32,000 bases of DNA, taken from positions 30,001 to 62,000 of the forward strand of contig NJBF01000004.1 of assembly GCA_003144275.1 (NCBI GenBank), read 5' to 3'. How positions within the stretch are numbered: the first letter of the stretch is position 1; every line of letters begins with the position of its first letter. The notes under the pieces were generated by a model, which searched no databases, was not told the DNA's origin, and saw only the letters and a list, made by a program, of their open reading frames with translations. A program made the position numbers and the translations under genes. Below, piece by piece: positions 26,070-32,000 of this stretch. The stretch comes from Candidatus Heimdallarchaeota archaeon B3_Heim. Its GTDB lineage: Archaea > Asgardarchaeota > Heimdallarchaeia > Hodarchaeales > Hodarchaeaceae.

Positions 26070-27779
26070 ATGCGTATAAAACAGAATTCTCTCAAAACTT
26101 TGATTGTGCTTGTTATTCCTATTTCTTTTCTATTTTTCTTCTTTTTTATTCCCTTAATTAACATTTTCGCACTTGCTTTTGGAATATTGGATGAGGGGAC
26201 AATATTTACATTATCACCTTTATTAGATGTTTTAACTCATCCATTAAACAGATATTTCCTAATCTGGGATATACAACAGGCACTCCTTACCACTTTTCTT
26301 TGTTTATTGATTGGAATTCCTGGATCATATATTTTAGCTCACTATAAGTTTCCCTTTAGGAATACAATTCGAAATCTTTTAACAATTCCATTCATCCTTC
26401 CTCCAATTGTAGTTTTAATGGGATTTATTTCTGTTTTTGGTCATGGGAGTCTAATTAATAATTTCTGGAAAGATTTAACAGGATTTCGACTAATAGACAT
26501 TTACAATACCAATGAAGGTATTATTCTAGCTCACATATTCTATAATATTCCAGTAATTATCCGGATTACTGAGATAGGATGGAGGAATGTAAACCCAGAG
26601 CTAATTGCAGTTGCTAAGAGTCTAAAAGCTTCAAATTGGAGGATATTCAGAAAAATTCAATTTCCTCAATTATTTCCGATTTTAGCTGCTGCTTCTTTAC
26701 TTGTGTTCATCTATTCATTCAATAGTTTTGCAATTGTGCTTGTATTGGGAGGAGTAAAGTTTCAAACGTTAGAAGTAAGGATTTTCGACTATTTTTGGGC
26801 TCGTTTTGATTATAATGCTGCTGCAGCACTCACAATGATCCAACTATTCATTAATACCCTTGTTATTTTCCTTTATCTTTATTTTTCGAATAAATATGAA
26901 ATCCCTACTGAAAGACTTGCTTGGAAAATCGAAAATTCATTGTTTCATCGACCAATTAATCTTAAATCTGTGCTTAGAACGATTTTTGTTGGATTATATT
27001 TTGCATTTGTGGGAATTATATGTGTACTTCCAATCGTTGGGGTCTTTTTTGCTTCATTTACTTCTTCTGATAATGCATTTACACTACTCAACTATTCTAA
27101 ATTGCTTGATCGCGATATTAGTACCTTTATAGGATTACCTCCACATTCTATGATAGCTAATAGTTTGTTATTTGGTTTAGGAGTTATTCTCATCGCCCCT
27201 ATTCTTGCACTCTTACTTAATTATGGATTAAATTATGAAACGACAAATAAAGGAAGACCAAAGATAACTTTATTTCGATCTTTTAGTGGAATTATAGTAA
27301 TTTTACCATTAACTGTCTCTTCTATCACACTTGCTTTTTCTCTATTTAGTATATATCGAGATACACCAGTTTATGAGAATATTGCCATAGTTATAATCAT
27401 TGCTCAAACATTGATTGCTTTTCCATTTGCAAATCGTATTATTGCAGCAACCCGATCAAATATTGATCAAACCATTATAAACGTTGCTCGAAGTCTTGGG
27501 GTATCACGATTAGGAGCATTTTTTAAAATAGAGCTTCCTTTATTACTACCTGGAATTGTTATCGCAGGATTATTTAGCTTTGCAATCTCAATTGGAGAAT
27601 TTGGAGCGACTTACTTTCTATCAAAGACGAATTTTGCCACGATCCCCGTAGGAATTTACAGATTAGTCGCTACTAGAAATATCGGACCCGCAGCAGCTTT
27701 TGCATCCCTCCTCGTAATAATCACGGTTGGAAGCTTCATGATTATTGAAAGAGTAGGAAAGGTTGATTTCAGGATATAA
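26070..27779 (+). CDS. thiP: Thiamine ABC transporter permease (duplicated permease domains)
   Basis: About 12 hydrophobic segments; two EAA-like loops (AVAKSLKAS..F..I.FP and NVARSLGVS..F..IELP); LAHIFYNIP; follows thiB. Confidence 0.9.
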   Translation: MRIKQNSLKTLIVLVIPISFLFFFFFIPLINIFALAFGILDEGTIFTLSPLLDVLTHPLNRYFLIWDIQQALLTTFLCLLIGIPGSYILAHYKFPFRNTIRNLLTIPFILPPIVVLMGFISVFGHGSLINNFWKDLTGFRLIDIYNTNEGIILAHIFYNIPVIIRITEIGWRNVNPELIAVAKSLKASNWRIFRKIQFPQLFPILAAASLLVFIYSFNSFAIVLVLGGVKFQTLEVRIFDYFWARFDYNAAAALTMIQLFINTLVIFLYLYFSNKYEIPTERLAWKIENSLFHRPINLKSVLRTIFVGLYFAFVGIICVLPIVGVFFASFTSSDNAFTLLNYSKLLDRDISTFIGLPPHSMIANSLLFGLGVILIAPILALLLNYGLNYETTNKGRPKITLFRSFSGIIVILPLTVSSITLAFSLFSIYRDTPVYENIAIVIIIAQTLIAFPFANRIIAATRSNIDQTIINVARSLGVSRLGAFFKIELPLLLPGIVIAGLFSFAISIGEFGATYFLSKTNFATIPVGIYRLVATRNIGPAAAFASLLVIITVGSFMIIERVGKVDFRI

Positions 27780-27807
27780 GTGGTTAAATGATAAATGGTG
27801 ATTAAGG

Positions 27808-28914
27808 ATGCCTTATTTTGAAGTAAACAACCTCTATTATAGATATGAAGAACAATGGGTTCTTGAAGACATTTCGTTTAAAGGAGAAGAAGGAGAATTA
27901 ATCGCAATAGTAGGGCCATCTGGTTGTGGCAAAACAACGATACTTAAAACCATTGTAGGTATCTTATCTCCTCAACAAGGCTCCATCATCATTAACTCTA
28001 ATGATATTACAGATAAACCGATTGAAACGAGAAATATTGGTTATGTTCCTCAGAATCAGGGCCTTTTTCCACATCTAACTGTGTTTGAGAATATTGCTTT
28101 TGGACTTAAGGCTCAAAAGTGGAAAAAGGATGATATTGAAAAGCATATACAAGAATTGGCAAAACTAAGTGGATTAGAAGACATCTTGGCTCGAAAACCT
28201 CATGAGATAAGTGGTGGCCAACAACAAAGAGTCGCATTATTACGAGCTCTGGCTCCATTTCCTAAATTACTTCTACTAGATGAACCGCTAAGTAATATCG
28301 ATACTAATTTACGAGAACAATTAGCGATTTATATCCGAAGAATTCAAGAAGAGTCGCAAATAACAACATTATTTGTTACACATGATTTAGAAGAAGCGAA
28401 AATGCTCGCTGATAAACTGGTAGTAGTAAATCAGGGAAAAGTACTACAAATAGGTTCACCAATAGAAGTAAATCTCAATCCAATATCTATTGAAGTAGCA
28501 ACAACACTAGGTTTGAAGAATTTATATAAAACTATTTCTATTGTTAAAAATATTGAAAAACGGTCAATTCGTTTAATAAGTGAAGTTGGAAATATTGAAA
28601 TTTCGAATCAAGACCTTTATGATTCCAATAGAGAAGTAAAAGGTGTTTATATTAGCCCTACAATGATAACTATATCCCGTGAGCCTTTTAGTACTGAGAA
28701 TTCATTTAAAGGAAAAGTATTTGCAGTTATACCTGAACCAATGGTAAGGCAAGTGACGTTATTAGTATCAATACCATTAAATTCTGATAAATTAAATAAA
28801 AATGATTATAAAGTTTTAAGAGTCCAAATACCTAGTTCTAAATGTGATTATCAGATCTCGGAAATTGTCTATGTTAATATTCTACAGGAAGGAATTAAAC
28901 TTTATGAATCATAA
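27808..28914 (+). CDS. thiQ: ABC transporter ATPase of the thiamine uptake system
   Basis: Walker A GPSGCGKTT, signature ISGGQQQR, Walker B LLLLDEP, H-loop VTHD; C-terminal TOBE-like extension; operon context. Confidence 0.88.
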   Translation: MPYFEVNNLYYRYEEQWVLEDISFKGEEGELIAIVGPSGCGKTTILKTIVGILSPQQGSIIINSNDITDKPIETRNIGYVPQNQGLFPHLTVFENIAFGLKAQKWKKDDIEKHIQELAKLSGLEDILARKPHEISGGQQQRVALLRALAPFPKLLLLDEPLSNIDTNLREQLAIYIRRIQEESQITTLFVTHDLEEAKMLADKLVVVNQGKVLQIGSPIEVNLNPISIEVATTLGLKNLYKTISIVKNIEKRSIRLISEVGNIEISNQDLYDSNREVKGVYISPTMITISREPFSTENSFKGKVFAVIPEPMVRQVTLLVSIPLNSDKLNKNDYKVLRVQIPSSKCDYQISEIVYVNILQEGIKLYES

Positions 28915-28961
28915 CTATTTCTTATTTATACTATTGAATAATGAGAAATGAGCCGGAAAAC

Positions 28962-29210
28962 TTAAGAATTATCCTCTAACGATTCACTAATTATTAGTGT
29001 TATTGATTTGGTTACACCAGGTACTTTACGAATTTCTTTCGTGACAAAACTCCCTAGTGATTTGACATTTTTTGCTTTGACCTCAATAAACAAATCATAT
29101 TCACCGAAAGTTATTTTACAGTTCTTAATTTCATCTAACTCAAGAACTTGCTTTTTAACAGTCTGTTCAGTTCCAGGCATAACACATAATAATATGATAG
29201 CATCTACCAT
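28962..29210 (-). CDS. Stand-alone Lrp/AsnC ligand-binding (RAM) domain protein
   Basis: 82 aa, AIILL.V.PG...V...L..I..C..TFGEYDL..V...L..FV...IR.VPGV..S.TLI; no HTH; AAGGAG upstream. Confidence 0.88.
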   Translation of the reverse strand: MVDAIILLCVMPGTEQTVKKQVLELDEIKNCKITFGEYDLFIEVKAKNVKSLGSFVTKEIRKVPGVTKSITLIISESLEDNS

Positions 29211-29550
29211 CCGTCTTAGCTCCTTTTGATTACCAATTTAGCTCATTCGATTTATAGCAAGATAGACAGATTTAATTTGGACTCAATTGAAAGAAAATTC
29301 ATGAATTGTTTAAATTGTTTGGCAAATTAATTTAAGATTTAAAATAAATATAAGAAATATTATTAGTGAATTACTCATTAGGTCATTTAGGATCAATAAA
29401 TCCGATAAGAAACTAATAATTTTTAATTATTTGGTATTTCAAGATAATTAATTGAACATATGTGACTCTCTTAGCACTTCATCTTATTAAAAAATGCTTA
29501 GTAAACTTTATTCGGACTATTGTTAGAAATCAGCTTAAAATGGAATCAAA

Positions 29551-30240
29551 ATGTCCCAATTTCAAGAATTACAACAACAACAATCGAACTTAGCCTTGAT
29601 CTTTGATCGTCTTGGCATCACTCAAGAAATTCATTCAGTTAATTTTCAAAATGAACTTAATTCAAAGGAGCTAGATGACTTATCCCACATTATTGAGAAA
29701 TTTAGTTTATTGCTCAATGAAATACCATCTGAGGAATTAGCTAGTAAAGTTATTCTGGATCAAAGACTCCTTATTCGCCTTGGTAATTATTTTACTATGT
29801 TAAACGACTTTGATCAAGCACTAGAGCTTTACGAATTGAGCAACAAAATGGAAGAAAATGAATGGGCTTATTATAATACGGGTAAAATTCTTTTCCAACA
29901 AGAGCACATGGAAGCTGCTTATTTGAAGTACGAACAGGCAATAAAAATGAAGCCTGATTTTTTACAAGCCATTAGAGCTCAAGCAGAGATTCTTTTGGAA
30001 CAAGGACAACATAAGAAAGCAATCGTAAAATTACAACAGAGTCAGAAAATTAATCCTAATGATCAAGTCACAAACAGACTTTTAGCTGACATATATTTAC
30101 AGAATGGAGAGAAAGACGAGGCTCTTACTCATTTAAAGGCGATTCACCATAAAGATGAACAGATTTTCGAACAAATTGATGAATTGGAAAAATCAAAGAG
30201 TAAAACGGCTCGTTTTCGTAAATTTTTTCGTCGAAATTAA
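29551..30240 (+). CDS. Tetratricopeptide repeat protein
   Basis: About four TPR-like motifs (FDQALELYELS..AYYNTG..AAYLKYEQAIKMKPD..A..LQQSQKINPND..LADIYLQNG..EAL). Confidence 0.85.
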   Translation: MSQFQELQQQQSNLALIFDRLGITQEIHSVNFQNELNSKELDDLSHIIEKFSLLLNEIPSEELASKVILDQRLLIRLGNYFTMLNDFDQALELYELSNKMEENEWAYYNTGKILFQQEHMEAAYLKYEQAIKMKPDFLQAIRAQAEILLEQGQHKKAIVKLQQSQKINPNDQVTNRLLADIYLQNGEKDEALTHLKAIHHKDEQIFEQIDELEKSKSKTARFRKFFRRN

Positions 30241-30369
30241 TGGGGAGTTTTTCTTCTGTATTCTAGAAAAACAAACTGAAAGATTGATCATTGTTACGTT
30301 TATTTCTTATAACCCCAAGCAAGAAAGTTTTGAATACTTACTAGAATATAGTTTCTACGGAGAATACCG

Positions 30370-32000
30370 TTGAATTCTGTCATTTCTGACCTGATTATTC
30401 ACCCCTCAGTAAGACCTCAACAGCAGAGAACATATATTCAAATTCAAGAGAATTGGTCAAGATACTCTTCCTTCTTTTGCTCTTTACCCACGGGTTCAGG
30501 AAAAACAGATATTGCGGCATGTTTGTTATCCAATTATCTTCTCACAAATTCCAATGGGAAGATTGATATTCTTGTCCCGTATAAAATGCATCAAGACTTT
30601 TGGTATTCTGTATTACAAAAGTATGGACGGAAACATGGGTTTTCTGTTGCTCTCTTAAAGGGAAGAGCAGCTTATTATTGTCCTATCATTAAATCTGGTG
30701 CTAACATTTCACCATGTGCTTTTGATCCACCGTACGCAAGAACTTGTCGATCTCGACAACGTTGTCCTCTCCTCATCGCTCGTCGGCAGATTAGAAAAAG
30801 TCAGGTTAGGATTCTTAATTGGTGGGTATTTAAATATGTAGATTTGGGAGAAGAAAAAGCCACTTTTCGAATATTCGATGAGGCACATAATCTATTAAAT
30901 TTAGAAACCTTAGTGCGAGTTGAAATAAGCTTTTCATTGCTAAGATCGCTTACAGAAGACGAAAAATCATTAGCAGTATTCCGTAACTGGGAAAAAACTC
31001 TATTAAAAGAAAAACAATTCGCAGAAATCGATTTACAAGAAGGATTAGATTTTCTTCATATGTTAAAGGGAGTATTAGCGAAAAAAGAGCTATTTATTGC
31101 AAAGCAGATGAATACACGTCCTGATTCTATCAGCCTTGATAGCCTGAGGGAGTTAAAGCGAGTAACTGAACTAATTACCGCGATATCAGATCTTATTGAG
31201 AATCCTAATTCAGCTGACTTGGCTTTTTTTCTTCAGAGAGATCGATCTAAAGGTACACTAAAGCTTACTGTTCAGCCATTTGACATTGCTTACATATTTT
31301 CCAAATTATTTCGAGGAGGAAAAAACCTTTTTATGTCTGCTACCATCGGAGATGGTGAATATCTCGCAAAATTACTTGGAATGGATCCAAAACACTGTTT
31401 GTATATAAAAGAATCTTCTGCGTTTGATAAAAATAATCATCCCTTTGTATTACTTAAAGAGGCGAAAAATCTTTCTACTGCAAATTCTAATAAGAAAAAG
31501 GACACCTTTGAATTCATCCAAAAGTACGCTCAGCCATTTATGAATTTGTTGTATAAAAATAAACAACGTGGACTTATTTTAGCATCAAGTTTTGAACTTG
31601 CACGGTTAATGGAGGGTTTAGCACGTGCAAATGGATTAGTAGTTATAACTCATACAGCAGGAAAATCTGATACCGCTGTCAAATCATTCATTGATGCAAA
31701 AAAGGGTGATATTTTAATTACACCGTCAGCCTGGGAGGGAATTTCACTAGATGATGATTTAGCACGTCTCTGTTTGATCCCCAAAGTTCCTTTCCCAATG
31801 ATGTTTGACCCAATTGTTCAAAGAAAAGTAAAAAAGTATCCTAATTTCCTTGAAAATGATGTACTAATCACTATTCAACAAGCCCATGGACGAATCCAGC
31901 GTAATCCTGAAGATTGGGGAATGACTATATTCTTTGATGGAAACTTTCGTTGGTTAAAAAATAAACGGAAAAGTAGTTTGGAACCTTGGTTTCTTGATCG
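30370..32000 (+). CDS. DinG/XPD(Rad3)-family SF2 Fe-S DNA helicase, 3' end truncated by the window (>=543 aa)
   Basis: Manual translation from TTG 30370 (GGAGA upstream; in-frame TAG at 30349): RPQQ Q-motif, PTGSGKT, KGRAAYYC...C...C...CP, DEAH, MSAT, WEGI, QQAHGRIQR..EDWG; open to the edge and therefore absent from the track. Confidence 0.92.
   Translation, partial: MNSVISDLIIHPSVRPQQQRTYIQIQENWSRYSSFFCSLPTGSGKTDIAACLLSNYLLTNSNGKIDILVPYKMHQDFWYSVLQKYGRKHGFSVALLKGRAAYYCPIIKSGANISPCAFDPPYARTCRSRQRCPLLIARRQIRKSQVRILNWWVFKYVDLGEEKATFRIFDEAHNLLNLETLVRVEISFSLLRSLTEDEKSLAVFRNWEKTLLKEKQFAEIDLQEGLDFLHMLKGVLAKKELFIAKQMNTRPDSISLDSLRELKRVTELITAISDLIENPNSADLAFFLQRDRSKGTLKLTVQPFDIAYIFSKLFRGGKNLFMSATIGDGEYLAKLLGMDPKHCLYIKESSAFDKNNHPFVLLKEAKNLSTANSNKKKDTFEFIQKYAQPFMNLLYKNKQRGLILASSFELARLMEGLARANGLVVITHTAGKSDTAVKSFIDAKKGDILITPSAWEGISLDDDLARLCLIPKVPFPMMFDPIVQRKVKKYPNFLENDVLITIQQAHGRIQRNPEDWGMTIFFDGNFRWLKNKRKSSLEPWFLD

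Noticed and set aside
24779-28914. Fe3+ or polyamine ABC transporter assignment
   Set aside because: The permease and ATPase are of the same broad class, but the binding protein has ThiB-specific motifs and thiR is adjacent.
23870-29229. ORFs 23870-24058, 25484-25699, 26860-27132, 29008-29229
   Set aside because: They overlap well-supported genes on the opposite strand or in another frame.
30155-30373. 72-aa ORF bridging the TPR and helicase genes
   Set aside because: It overlaps the TPR gene by 86 nt in another frame and has no motif; the TTGA overlap with the helicase start is noted but insufficient.

Overview
Low-GC (roughly 35-38% by eye) archaeal-type DNA. ThiR, a PGF-CTERM-type sorting signal, GGTGA ribosome-binding sites and giant acidic Ig-repeat proteins suggest an Asgard archaeon (Heimdallarchaeia/Hodarchaeales-like); this assignment is inference only. 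The left 22 kb holds two co-oriented minus-strand giant surface-protein genes. (1) An ORF missing from the supplied track starts at ATG 12788 and stays open to the left edge (>4262 aa). It has a signal peptide, an N-proximal two-helix membrane hairpin, DUF2341 and ConA-like domains, and several classes of tandem Ig-like repeats. (2) A 3049-aa protein is almost purely 34 x ~84-aa Ig-like repeats plus an SPNGGE domain and a PGF-CTERM anchor. A thiamine uptake/salvage cluster follows: thiR divergent from an APH/choline-kinase-family (ThiK-like) kinase and thiBPQ, whose ThiB carries a C-terminal P-S-F-E sorting signal. The right end has a stand-alone Lrp/AsnC ligand-binding domain gene, a TPR protein and a DinG/XPD-family Fe-S helicase cut by the window edge. 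No rRNA, tRNA, CRISPR array or mobile element was recognised.
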